DNA of 64,000 nucleotides from the IMG/VR virus record IMGVR_UViG_3300023174_000069. One strand, 5' to 3'. Origin of the DNA: an uncultured virus (IMG/VR IMGVR_UViG_3300023174_000069) (taxonomy: Duplodnaviria > Heunggongvirae > Uroviricota > Caudoviricetes). The position numbers and the translations under genes were made by a program. Shown one piece after another: positions 28,219 through 37,308 of the stretch; position 1 is the first letter of the stretch; every line of letters begins with the position of its first letter. The notes beneath the pieces were generated by a model, which was not told the origin of the DNA, ran no database searches, and saw nothing but the letters and a program-made list of their open reading frames with translations.

Positions 28219-28560
28219 ATGAAGACCTTAAAAGAAATTTTACAAGAAGCCAAATCTACTCCTCAGATTGCCAAAAACAAACCACCTACTGCTGTAGATC
28301 AGGTTCGTAAACGTCATGAGAGAGAAAAGAAAGAGTTAAAAAATAAGCAAAGTCGAGAAGCTGAAAAGGCTCGTGAAAGAGATTTTAGAGCCAAGGAATC
28401 AGAAAGACGAACCAAAGATCAGCAAAAGGCGGCACAGCAAGCAGCAAAGAGCGAAGATGTAGATTTTGGACAGAACAATGAAAATATATATGAGTATTTG
28501 GAAGATGGTACCTTGGAGCTAGTACAAACTTACAAAAAAAGTTTGCCTGGTCAAGAATAA
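28219..28560 (+). CDS. Charged hypothetical protein with capsid-targeting-like N-terminus
   Basis: MKTLKEILQEA; highly charged helix. Confidence 0.65.
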   Translation: MKTLKEILQEAKSTPQIAKNKPPTAVDQVRKRHEREKKELKNKQSREAEKARERDFRAKESERRTKDQQKAAQQAAKSEDVDFGQNNENIYEYLEDGTLELVQTYKKSLPGQE

Positions 28561-28600
28561 TTATATATAATAACAATTATTATACCTTTTGGAGACTGTT

Positions 28601-28867
28601 ATGACCGATACAACAACTGCCGAGACATCTGAAACCACCGAGACGCAACCTTTGCAGAAGCTAACCGCAGAGCAAGAGATTAATGCTCTTCGCAGCGTTC
28701 ACAAATTTTTGTCAGAGTTTGATCGTGTTCCTGGTGCACTAGCAACCACTTGGGGTCAGGCTCTTGATACCATCGCCGTTGTGGCCAATTCTCTAATCGC
28801 CAAGAACACTACAGATGCAGCAACAGTCGATGCATCAGCAGCCGACTCTGCCGCTACTGCCAACTAA
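28601..28867 (+). CDS. Hypothetical protein
   Basis: GGAG RBS, T/A-rich termini. Confidence 0.6.
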   Translation: MTDTTTAETSETTETQPLQKLTAEQEINALRSVHKFLSEFDRVPGALATTWGQALDTIAVVANSLIAKNTTDAATVDASAADSAATAN

Positions 28868-28893
28868 TTTTTGCAATAAATATACTTGTTGTT

Positions 28894-29082
28894 ATGCCAA
28901 TATACGAGTATAGTTGTAAAAATTGTGGGACTATAGAAGTTCGACAGAGTATCAAAGACGAACCTCTCAAGAAGTGTCCAACCTGTAAAGAAAAGATCAA
29001 GCGTCTTATATCTCTTACTGGTAATCCACAATTTAAAGGTGATGGATTTTATCAGACAGATTATAAGAAGGTCAAATCTTAA
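28894..29082 (+). CDS. FmdB-family zinc-ribbon protein
   Basis: MPIYEYSCKNCG...CPTC...FKGDGFYQTDY. Confidence 0.88.
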   Translation: MPIYEYSCKNCGTIEVRQSIKDEPLKKCPTCKEKIKRLISLTGNPQFKGDGFYQTDYKKVKS

Positions 29083-29951
29083 TGTGTGTTGTTGTCTGTA
29101 AGTACATAGATGAACTCGGTTGGGTCATAGCAAAAAATCGAGATAGAAATTATAAGCCGATTGTTCGCATTCGCAAATCTTTTCGTGAAAATATCGAACG
29201 TCTTTACATTTGGGACGAACGAACAAAATACACAGAAGGAGTAAACGAGTTTGGTGTAGCAATCATCAGCGCCAGCGTTACAGTCAAAGAAGATGAAGCA
29301 GAAGGTTCACAAGCACTAAAAAATAAAAAGGATAATATATCAAAGAAGAAAAGAACGTTTTATTCTCCAGACGGATTGAGAATCAGAACTGCACTGTTTG
29401 AAAAGACTTCACTAGATGCTACACGAAAACTGATTGATTTAGAGATACCAGGAAATACCATAGTTGCTGATAAGGAACGATGCTTTCTTTTAGAAGGTGC
29501 GTTTGTAGAAGATGAATACGTTTACAAAGTCGTAGAAGTTCCTAAAAATAAGATAGCAGTCAGAACTAATCATGGAATATTTCTTCCATGGACGGGCTAC
29601 AGTGCTGATATTCCTGAGCAAGCAGAAAAAAGAAAAAGTAGCGAAACCAGATATACTAAGGTAGTGAAGATTCTGGTAAAATCCAAAACGCTAGACGAAA
29701 TTTTAGATGCCTTATCTGACACTTCAGATCGAAATCCACAAATGAATCCTCTTAGAATTGACTTAAAAAAGAACTCCATGCGTACAACAGGGCAAATTGT
29801 AATAGTTCCAAGAGAACATGCGCTACACTATAGAACAGTTTGGTGTGAAACGGTATTCGATTTAGATAAACTAAATACAGCAGAAGAAAAAACATTTTTT
29901 GAAGTAGTTTCTACCAGAAAGTTATTGAGTTTTAAAAATTTTACCAACTAG
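29082..29951 (+). CDS. N-terminal-nucleophile (Cys) hydrolase
   Basis: Met-Cys start, AKNRDR, EGVNEFG, RTNHG. Confidence 0.75.
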   Translation: MCVVVCKYIDELGWVIAKNRDRNYKPIVRIRKSFRENIERLYIWDERTKYTEGVNEFGVAIISASVTVKEDEAEGSQALKNKKDNISKKKRTFYSPDGLRIRTALFEKTSLDATRKLIDLEIPGNTIVADKERCFLLEGAFVEDEYVYKVVEVPKNKIAVRTNHGIFLPWTGYSADIPEQAEKRKSSETRYTKVVKILVKSKTLDEILDALSDTSDRNPQMNPLRIDLKKNSMRTTGQIVIVPREHALHYRTVWCETVFDLDKLNTAEEKTFFEVVSTRKLLSFKNFTN

Positions 29952-29958
29952 AGGAAAT

Positions 29959-30753
29959 ATGTCTTTGAGAGATTTACCAAAATCATTAATTGATTCTGTA
30001 GTAGAAATAACCACAGAATCTCAACACAAGCACGACAAACAAACAAGCAAGCTAATCGAGCAGAGTCTTAAACGATTTGGTGTGAAATCTGTGAGCGATC
30101 TTACAGAAAACGATCAAAAAGCTCTTCATGCTTGGGTGCAAATACAACTCACTGAATCTTCCTGTGGTTGTGAAAGTGATATGACAGAAGATGATATGCC
30201 TGGAGATTCTGTATATCATAAAGATGGTAAAGAAGATGCGGAAAAGAAAACGGAATTAGATGAGAGTGAAGCTGCACAAGCGGTGGTAAAGGCTGAGTTA
30301 AAAAAATTAGGAAAAACTTTGGGTGAGCTATCTCCTGAAGAAAAGAAAGATTTGTTCAATCGTGTTGATGCTCGTGTTACTGCAAAAAATGAGGCCAGTG
30401 CTTGTGACATTTTGGACGACATTTATGAAGGCATGACTTTAGAAGCGAATGAAATTGCAACTAATGGTGCTGTAGGTGTTACAGACGCAGAGTCTCAGCT
30501 TCCTGTTCATGCAGACGTTCTTAAAGACACTTCTGTGGATGGTAAGCACGAGTTTCGATTGTTTGTTCAGTTTAATACAAACACTTTGCCAGTAATTGTA
30601 CCTCCAGTAACACTACCAGGAGCACCTACAGTAGATGCGCTTAGAGATGTTGTGGAAGGACTACCATTCTTTTGTGATGTTTGTGAGAAAGCTCTGACTG
30701 ATGCTATGGACATCCCTCACAATCGCCCAGAGCATAAAGGTAATAATGTTTAA
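29959..30753 (+). CDS. Acidic hypothetical protein, possible internal head protein
   Basis: GAGG RBS; several L/I/M-x-E sites (LTES, MTED, LDES). Confidence 0.55.
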   Translation: MSLRDLPKSLIDSVVEITTESQHKHDKQTSKLIEQSLKRFGVKSVSDLTENDQKALHAWVQIQLTESSCGCESDMTEDDMPGDSVYHKDGKEDAEKKTELDESEAAQAVVKAELKKLGKTLGELSPEEKKDLFNRVDARVTAKNEASACDILDDIYEGMTLEANEIATNGAVGVTDAESQLPVHADVLKDTSVDGKHEFRLFVQFNTNTLPVIVPPVTLPGAPTVDALRDVVEGLPFFCDVCEKALTDAMDIPHNRPEHKGNNV

Positions 30754-30756
30754 TTT

Positions 30757-31329
30757 ATGAAATCGTTTTCTCAATATCTAAAAGAAGATGTTGCAACACA
30801 AGTAAAGTTGCCAGAACTATACTTAGATATGGATGAAACGCTTGTAGATTGGATGTCAGGAGCCAATGCAGCATTAATAGCAGCAGGTAAACCCGAATGG
30901 AAAGATCCTTATTGGAAAGAAAATCACTCTGACGAAGAAGCCGATGAGATTAGATGGGCTATATTAAACAAAACTCCAAATTTTTGGGAAAATCTTGAAT
31001 TTACACCTGATGGTCTAATAATTTGGAAGTTTGTTAAAAAATATAGACCTAATATTTTAAGTGCTTGTGGTACACTAGCTAAGACCTGTAAAGCCGGTAA
31101 AAGACGATGGTTAGCTAGACGATTAGGTATGAAGAATTTAGGAAAGATATATTTGGTCAAAAGAAGTCAAAAGAAGTTGTTTGCTAGAACCGAAGACAAA
31201 AAGTCTACTGTATTAATAGACGATTATATAAAAAATTGTCAGGAATACAAAGCCGCCGGTGGAATAGCAATCCAAGTTACTACCGCTAATCAAGTTATAG
31301 GCAAACTAAAGAAACTGGGATTTCGATAA
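30757..31329 (+). CDS. HAD-family phosphatase (5'(3')-nucleotidase-like) with capsid-targeting-like N-terminus
   Basis: MKSFSQYLKE; YLDMDETL, ILSA, GK..W, LIDDY. Confidence 0.85.
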   Translation: MKSFSQYLKEDVATQVKLPELYLDMDETLVDWMSGANAALIAAGKPEWKDPYWKENHSDEEADEIRWAILNKTPNFWENLEFTPDGLIIWKFVKKYRPNILSACGTLAKTCKAGKRRWLARRLGMKNLGKIYLVKRSQKKLFARTEDKKSTVLIDDYIKNCQEYKAAGGIAIQVTTANQVIGKLKKLGFR

Positions 31330-31332
31330 ATA
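31325..31332 (+). promoter_or_regulatory. T4-type late promoter variant
   Basis: GATAAATA upstream of the AAGGAG RBS. Confidence 0.55.
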
Positions 31333-31366
31333 CTAATGCTTAATGCTATTTTTAAAGGAGAAATAT

Positions 31367-31681
31367 ATGTCACTTTGGGGAAAATCAGATACGACAGCTA
31401 ATCGTCCAAAATTTGTAGAGCTAAAACCCGACGGGTCCATTGCTCAAGATGCTTCTGGAAAAAAACTTGTTCTAATCGATAATGACGAAGCGATTCTCTC
31501 TGCCAATAAAGCCAAGGGCATCACAAGCCCCGGTTGGTATTTAATTCAAAAAGTCGGTAGCAGAGTTAAGGCTGAGCTTCTTATTGCACTATCTGACGCT
31601 CCTCGTCAAGTCTCTGGTGTAGTTAAAGATGAAAGCGATGCTGCGGAAACCAGTGTTGATGTTGGTGCCGATCCTGCTTAA
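31367..31681 (+). CDS. Conserved T4-like hypothetical (virion) protein
   Basis: MSLWG start, GITSPGW, RVKAELLIAL; AAGGAG RBS. Confidence 0.65.
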   Translation: MSLWGKSDTTANRPKFVELKPDGSIAQDASGKKLVLIDNDEAILSANKAKGITSPGWYLIQKVGSRVKAELLIALSDAPRQVSGVVKDESDAAETSVDVGADPA

Positions 31682-31695
31682 TTATTTTTTTCATT

Positions 31696-32109
31696 ATGCT
31701 TGATACTATTGATTCAAATATGGCAACAAGACTTACAGAAAAGAATCTTGTGATGTATGCCATGAAACATTATGATAACGTTCAGTGTGTTGATGTTGAT
31801 GAGTTTTATGATGATCTAAAAAGAATTAATTACATAAAGCGTCTGTTTGTCAGATATCAAAATTCTGATGAACTAAAAGATCGTCTGATACTCAATCATC
31901 TTATCATATTATACAACGTATTTCCTATAGAAGTTGCTACTAATATTCTGTTTTTCAAAATCGACAGCGATTATTGGTCATATCTAAAAACATTTTTGGT
32001 ATATTTGAATTATATGCCAGACAAACTGACCTTCTTAGAAAATTGCGAAATAATAACTACAGATATTCCACTAGATCAGGGAATAATATCAGTTTTGAGA
32101 CAGATATGA
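31696..32109 (+). CDS. Conserved T4-like hypothetical protein
   Basis: YAMKHYDN..C...EFYDDLKRINYIKRL...RLILNHLIILYNVF. Confidence 0.75.
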   Translation: MLDTIDSNMATRLTEKNLVMYAMKHYDNVQCVDVDEFYDDLKRINYIKRLFVRYQNSDELKDRLILNHLIILYNVFPIEVATNILFFKIDSDYWSYLKTFLVYLNYMPDKLTFLENCEIITTDIPLDQGIISVLRQI

Positions 32110-32471
32110 AGTCATTTAAAAGCTATTTGCTCTCAGAAGGAAAACTTTCGCTAGATGATGCGAAAAAATTAGGCGACAGTCTTTCTGTAGATTGGAAAAA
32201 AATCGATATAAAGCAGTTTAAAATGGGACTAGATGTAGAATCCGAACACGATGACGGGTCAGAGCTAGATGTGGTAGATTCCAAAAAAGATTTAGCCAAA
32301 ATTGTTTTAGCACATTTAAAAGAAAGACCAGACTATTACACCAGACTCAAGAGTGTGGAAGAAGATGTTCCTGCAAACAATGTTGGATCTGGCAATATTT
32401 CTGGAATAAAAGAGCCAATATTATCAAAAAATCCAGTTTTACTCAAGAGAAAACGATTAAATATACATTGA
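32106..32471 (+). CDS. DUF5661-like protein with capsid-targeting-like N-terminus
   Basis: Real start ATG 32106: MKSFKSYLLSE; MGLDVESEH...AKIVLAHLKERPDYYTRL. Confidence 0.65.
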   Translation: MKSFKSYLLSEGKLSLDDAKKLGDSLSVDWKKIDIKQFKMGLDVESEHDDGSELDVVDSKKDLAKIVLAHLKERPDYYTRLKSVEEDVPANNVGSGNISGIKEPILSKNPVLLKRKRLNIH

Positions 32472-32496
32472 TGCTTTAGTGTTTTCGTGTTACTAT
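32468..32496 (+). promoter_or_regulatory. Sigma70-type promoter
   Basis: TTGATG-17-TACTAT with TG extension. Confidence 0.65.
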
Positions 32497-32531
32497 TAAA
32501 TTATAGTAATCATTTACACTTTGGTAATCAT

Positions 32532-32861
32532 ATGACTGATAAACTTCATAATGAAAATAATACACTTGACTCTTTGGGTCTCTCCGTACAGCATGGAGAA
32601 GTTGAAGTAGGACATACCTATCCTTTATATGGAATGATAACGAATATTTTATCGATGACTCCCGGTAATATGAGAGTCCTCGTTAATTATAATATTGAGT
32701 TGCTGCTTTCTGTTGAAGATGCTGATAAGATCGAATTAATTAAGGAAAGATGTTTTGACCCTGGAATATTTGTAACAACGATAGAAGAAAAGGGAGAAAA
32801 AATCAAAGGAACGTGTACAACGGTTGTTTTCGGAAAAAAAACTAATCAAGAAATTAATTAA
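32532..32861 (+). CDS. Hypothetical protein
   Basis: ORF downstream of the promoter. Confidence 0.6.
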   Translation: MTDKLHNENNTLDSLGLSVQHGEVEVGHTYPLYGMITNILSMTPGNMRVLVNYNIELLLSVEDADKIELIKERCFDPGIFVTTIEEKGEKIKGTCTTVVFGKKTNQEIN

Positions 32862-32862
32862 T

Positions 32863-33204
32863 ATGGAAACTAAAACTGTCTTAGAAATTAAGCGTGAATT
32901 GCAAATGAGCATGAACGAGTTAAGGCGTTCTATTACCACCGCTTGCGACAAAATGAGTGAAATGTATTCTGAAGATCACTATATTGTAAAAAGAATTCGC
33001 TCCTATTATTCAGCTTTAGAAAAGCAACAAGAATATGTAAATATGTTAGATATTTTAATCGAGCGCAAGGATTTTGAGGGAATCGATTTGTTGTCATTAA
33101 AAATAAAGGCAATCGCCGACATGATTAAATCGGATGCAAGATCTTTGTTGAGTAGCATAAACACAGGTTCTGAGGATCTACCCGAAGATCTCGTATGGAA
33201 TTAA
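32863..33204 (+). CDS. Hypothetical helical protein
   Basis: ORF in operon context. Confidence 0.6.
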   Translation: METKTVLEIKRELQMSMNELRRSITTACDKMSEMYSEDHYIVKRIRSYYSALEKQQEYVNMLDILIERKDFEGIDLLSLKIKAIADMIKSDARSLLSSINTGSEDLPEDLVWN

Positions 33205-33215
33205 TTTAAAGATCG

Positions 33216-33605
33216 ATGCCGGCGTATTTTATTTTTAATAATCTGAAAGTAAATACGTTTGCGCTGCAAGATCAGCCTTTTCCCGGCTTCGAGCTATTAA
33301 CCTGGGAACACGAAACTTTTGTAGATGGAACTCTGTGGGATTTGGGTGTGGATGCAGGCTACACACCCATAGGAATAACACAGATATATGGGCAAATTTG
33401 GTTGTCACATGACTCCAATCAAATAGCTGAGTTTGAATATTTTATTGGTGCAAAATCTGGACTAACAGAACCAATGAGAACAAAGTGTTATGTGTTATGT
33501 GATGGTTTTGTGGATCAACTTTCAGTAATTATTTACCGTCTTAAAGAAATTAAGACTATATATAATGTAGTACCTGATGGTAAATGGATTATTAAGCGAG
33601 CGTGA
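33216..33605 (+). CDS. Gamma-glutamylcyclotransferase (AIG2)-like protein, divergent
   Basis: YFIFNNLK (cf. YFVYGTLK), GTLWDLG, IYGQIW, C-terminal PDGKW. Confidence 0.5.
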   Translation: MPAYFIFNNLKVNTFALQDQPFPGFELLTWEHETFVDGTLWDLGVDAGYTPIGITQIYGQIWLSHDSNQIAEFEYFIGAKSGLTEPMRTKCYVLCDGFVDQLSVIIYRLKEIKTIYNVVPDGKWIIKRA

Positions 33606-33611
33606 GATATC

Positions 33612-34043
33612 ATGACATCTTTTTTGATATATTTGAAAATAATTTGGGAAAATAGAAAAACCATCTTAGTCGTATCAGCACTAGGTGTTTTAGCATCTTT
33701 TTACATTTACTATCTTCGCACCAGTCATCTAATAGAAAATCTAAAGCAAGAAAAACAGCATTTAGAAGAAGTTGTAGAAAAGCAACAAAAACAAATGCAA
33801 CTCCTAAAAGAGAGTTATGAGAAGATTATTGCTTCAAAAGAAGAGCTTAATAAACAAATAATAGAAGCACAAAAAGAGCTTGACGAACTTCGTAATAAGC
33901 TGTTTAGAGAAAATCATGGAAAAATGTCATTAGAGGAATTAGCCAGAAAAAAGCCGGCTCTGGTGGAAAAAATAATTAATAAAGCAACTGAGGATGTATT
34001 AAATTGTTTTGAAACTATGTCTAATGGTAAGGAGTGCAAATGA
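33612..34043 (+). CDS. i-spanin (Rz-like)
   Basis: N-terminal TM followed by a long coiled coil and C-terminal Cys; overlaps a lipoprotein gene. Confidence 0.75.
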   Translation: MTSFLIYLKIIWENRKTILVVSALGVLASFYIYYLRTSHLIENLKQEKQHLEEVVEKQQKQMQLLKESYEKIIASKEELNKQIIEAQKELDELRNKLFRENHGKMSLEELARKKPALVEKIINKATEDVLNCFETMSNGKECK

Positions 34044-34381
34044 AATATCTATTAGGCATTCTTTGCTGTTTCTTATGCTCTTGCTCTACTGTGACTGATA
34101 TGTTTGAGCCAGATCCTCTTCCTGCACTAAATCTTCCTGCACCCAGACCTATAAAAATGGAAAAGGTTAAAATCAAAGTATTGACCAAAGATAATATTGA
34201 AGAGTATTTTAAGTCTATGGATGAAGATACTCGTCGTGCTGTTGTATTTGCCTTGACTGGTCAAGATTATAAAAATTTGGCAATAAATATGCAAAAGTTA
34301 AAGGCATATATTCAAGAGCAAGCCAAAATTATACGGCTATACAAAGAATACTATGAAAATGGAGAGAGAAATGGTAAGTAA
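34040..34381 (+). CDS. o-spanin (Rz1-like lipoprotein)
   Basis: MKYLLGILCCFLCSC lipobox, Pro-rich segment, LAINM..LKAYI. Confidence 0.75.
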   Translation: MKYLLGILCCFLCSCSTVTDMFEPDPLPALNLPAPRPIKMEKVKIKVLTKDNIEEYFKSMDEDTRRAVVFALTGQDYKNLAINMQKLKAYIQEQAKIIRLYKEYYENGERNGK

Positions 34382-34598
34382 GAATAAGAAAAAGTCCAAA
34401 AAGGAATCAACAGAAGTTTCAGCACCTTTGATAGAGACTTCAAAAAAAGTAGTAGCACCGGTTGCCAAACCTTCTCCAACTTTTCCTGTTCAAACCAAAA
34501 GATTACTTCCTCATAATCTTTTAATGGAAATAGATCTTCTTAGTGAGCGATTGAGTTTGGTGGAAAAACAACTAGAAGAATTAAAATCTAAAATCTAG
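34371..34598 (+). CDS. Hypothetical protein
   Basis: Basic N-terminus, C-terminal coiled coil, GGAG RBS. Confidence 0.55.
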   Translation: MVSKNKKKSKKESTEVSAPLIETSKKVVAPVAKPSPTFPVQTKRLLPHNLLMEIDLLSERLSLVEKQLEELKSKI

Positions 34599-34626
34599 TT
34601 GCACATCACAATGTTTCTGATATAAT
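34599..34626 (+). promoter_or_regulatory. Sigma70-type promoter of primase (leaderless)
   Basis: TTGCAC-16-TATAAT; ATG 6 nt downstream. Confidence 0.7.
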
Positions 34627-34632
34627 GCAGAA

Positions 34633-35643
34633 ATGCTTTATGTTGATTTAAAATACATATCCACAATAGGAACGCATCTTCGCAATTTTAAGAAAAAGAA
34701 AGAGAATCTTTATAATTGCTCTTGTCCAATTTGTGGAGATAGTGAAAAGAAAAAGACAAAGGCTAGAGGGTATTTCTATCAAAAAAATAATTCCATGTTC
34801 TACAGATGTCACAACTGTGGGACTGGTTTAGGAATATCAAATTTTCTCAAGCAGCATTTTCCATCTCATCACGATCAATATCTCTTAGAGAAATATAAAT
34901 CAGGTGTTGATAATAAAACCATTCGTAAGGTTGTAGAAGCAGCTTCTAAGATTACGCTATCCTCTTTTGTTACTTCCAAAGCAACTAAGTTGCTAGATTT
35001 GTCCGATGAACACTATGCCAAAAAATATGTGTTAGCAAGAAAAATTCCTACACAATTTTTAGCAAAAATATATTTTACTGATGACTTCGCCGATTTGATA
35101 GACGATGTTTTTCCTGGTAAATATTCAAATTTAACCAGAAATGATCCTAGATTGGTAATTCCTTTTTTTAATTCGGATAGCAAGTTGATAGGACTTCAAG
35201 GTCGCTCCTTTACACCAGAACGTTCATTACGATATATTACAATACGAGCAGAATCAAATATTAATTTAATTTATGGGTTGGATAAATTTGACAGTAGAAA
35301 AATTGGTTATGTTGTCGAAGGTCCAATAGATAGTATGTTTTTACCAAATTGTTTAGCCGCAGCCAACTCTGATTTAGAATCCGTGTGCAAAAAGGTTGCA
35401 GCAGATAACTTAGTTTTAATTTACGATAACGAGCCTAGAAATAAAGAAATTGTTAGACTGTTGGAATCATCAATAAATGATGGAAAAAAAGTTTGTATTT
35501 GGCCTTCATCCATAGTTGAAAAAGATATAAATGATATGATACTGAGCGGAAAGTCCTCAGAAGATTTGCTCTCTATTATAAAGACAAGAACTTTTTTCGG
35601 GTTAGAAGCTCAATTAGAATTTTGCAGATGGAAAAAAATATGA
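34633..35643 (+). CDS. 61: DNA primase gp61
   Basis: CPICGDS...CHNCG zinc finger, VEGPIDS, YDNEPRN, KDINDM TOPRIM. Confidence 0.96.
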   Translation: MLYVDLKYISTIGTHLRNFKKKKENLYNCSCPICGDSEKKKTKARGYFYQKNNSMFYRCHNCGTGLGISNFLKQHFPSHHDQYLLEKYKSGVDNKTIRKVVEAASKITLSSFVTSKATKLLDLSDEHYAKKYVLARKIPTQFLAKIYFTDDFADLIDDVFPGKYSNLTRNDPRLVIPFFNSDSKLIGLQGRSFTPERSLRYITIRAESNINLIYGLDKFDSRKIGYVVEGPIDSMFLPNCLAAANSDLESVCKKVAADNLVLIYDNEPRNKEIVRLLESSINDGKKVCIWPSSIVEKDINDMILSGKSSEDLLSIIKTRTFFGLEAQLEFCRWKKI

Positions 35644-35900
35644 TACAAAGCACATCAGAAGTCTTAAATTGGTTGCCAGTCGGATATATGATCAATTTTC
35701 CCACAGATAATTTTCCTAGCAATTTTATAGAAGTTGACGGACAAAGATTGTGTAAGAAAGAGCATCAAGACGTTTTTGAAATTCTTAAAGGGACTGTGAA
35801 AGACGATGTTGATTCATTTGTACTTCCAACAAAAATGGAACTATCTAACAAATTTAATTCGTTCACTGGAAAAATAATATTAAAATTGCATCATTTTTAA
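35640..35900 (+). CDS. Stand-alone tail collar-like domain protein
   Basis: LPVGYMINF...PSNFIEVDGQ.L....DVFEIL...FVLP. Confidence 0.6.
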   Translation: MIQSTSEVLNWLPVGYMINFPTDNFPSNFIEVDGQRLCKKEHQDVFEILKGTVKDDVDSFVLPTKMELSNKFNSFTGKIILKLHHF

Positions 35901-35925
35901 TTTTTATTAATAAACATAAGCAAGT

Positions 35926-37233
35926 ATGAGAAAATCCATATTTTTATTATTTTTATCATTTTTTTCGTTGATTTGTATTGAATCTTCTTTCGGTGATCAA
36001 GAAAACGTAGAGTCTTCGGGTCTGACTAACATTGGTTATGCACCATTTAATCTTACCTCTCCCAAATTTAATTGCGATGGTTTTATCGAATCTTTGAGTC
36101 CTTTGACTGAAATTCACATAGCATTTTTGTACAATACCTTTGGTAATAATTTTTCATGTTTGAATCGTTTGCTTGCAGATAGTAGACTGAAGACTCTTGA
36201 GGTGAATTTGATTAACGAACCGGGTCATAGAAACAATAGACTAGGTTCCTACGAATTTTTATATGATGTTGGCTCAGTCAGCACTTACAATAAAAAGTTG
36301 GTATCACGCTCCGCACCGCTAAAACAAAAATACATAAACTATGTAAAGCCTCTTCAAGATGTGCTATCACAAAATTTACAGACTCACACATCTCTTCTAA
36401 TTAATCCTGGGCTTGAGAGCAATCTAAGCGCAAGAGCTGGTCGAGTTCTTATAGAATGGACTCGCCCACTTTTTCCTGATGCTCGAATAGTATGGAACCC
36501 ATATAGAGTCTCTCTCACCACACGAAAGATTGTTGGTGCAGATTTAATAGAAGGTCATGGACAATTTCCATCATTAACTGCACCGTGTGTTTACAACATG
36601 GATGGTACAGACGTAAAGTATAAAAATCGTCCAGCATTAGGAGAAGGGTCAGGCACAAAAAATTATTATCACTCAGGATCACCACTGTTTCAACAGCTAG
36701 AAAAATATGGAAATAGATGTGAAATCGCACTTGTTTGGACTCAAGAAGGCAACGGCTTGAGTTACAAAGAAGGGTTTAAAGACCCTCGCAAGAGAAATAA
36801 TTTTATTAAAACTGATATGTACAAACAGATTATGCGAGATGTAATTGCTGTTCATAGACGAGGTAAAATTGCACCCATTACTGATACATATACGACCGAA
36901 GATAATGCAATAGTAAACACATGCTCTGTAGTCTCAACCAATTTTGAAGATGGTCAAAAATCTGGTAGATTATTAAAGCAGTCTGAATTTCCTGATAGAG
37001 GTGGTGTGATGCTTTTACCAAAAGAGTTTAGGTCAGTTCGCACAGCAGTGATAGTAAAAGGAGAAACTACTGTTGATGAATATAGAAATACTGGACCATA
37101 TCATGACGGTCGCCCACTTTTTAGATCATCAATTTCTCCTACAAAATATCCATTTAACACTTATCTGGTGTTTGATAAGGGATCCACTAGATATTGCTAT
37201 AAACTTCCCAATCCTAGAATTAGACTCGATTAA
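35926..37233 (+). CDS. Secreted/periplasmic hypothetical protein
   Basis: N-terminal signal peptide MRKSIFLLFLSFFSLICIESSFG; several Cys. Confidence 0.65.
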   Translation: MRKSIFLLFLSFFSLICIESSFGDQENVESSGLTNIGYAPFNLTSPKFNCDGFIESLSPLTEIHIAFLYNTFGNNFSCLNRLLADSRLKTLEVNLINEPGHRNNRLGSYEFLYDVGSVSTYNKKLVSRSAPLKQKYINYVKPLQDVLSQNLQTHTSLLINPGLESNLSARAGRVLIEWTRPLFPDARIVWNPYRVSLTTRKIVGADLIEGHGQFPSLTAPCVYNMDGTDVKYKNRPALGEGSGTKNYYHSGSPLFQQLEKYGNRCEIALVWTQEGNGLSYKEGFKDPRKRNNFIKTDMYKQIMRDVIAVHRRGKIAPITDTYTTEDNAIVNTCSVVSTNFEDGQKSGRLLKQSEFPDRGGVMLLPKEFRSVRTAVIVKGETTVDEYRNTGPYHDGRPLFRSSISPTKYPFNTYLVFDKGSTRYCYKLPNPRIRLD

Positions 37234-37251
37234 ATAAATTCAAGATACGTC

Positions 37252-37280
37252 TTGACTGAATTAAATTGAGTTAGTATACT
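37252..37280 (+). promoter_or_regulatory. Sigma70-type promoter
   Basis: TTGACT-17-TATACT. Confidence 0.8.
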
Positions 37281-37308
37281 GCATCAGCACTTATTTTTGA
37301 GGTATTAC

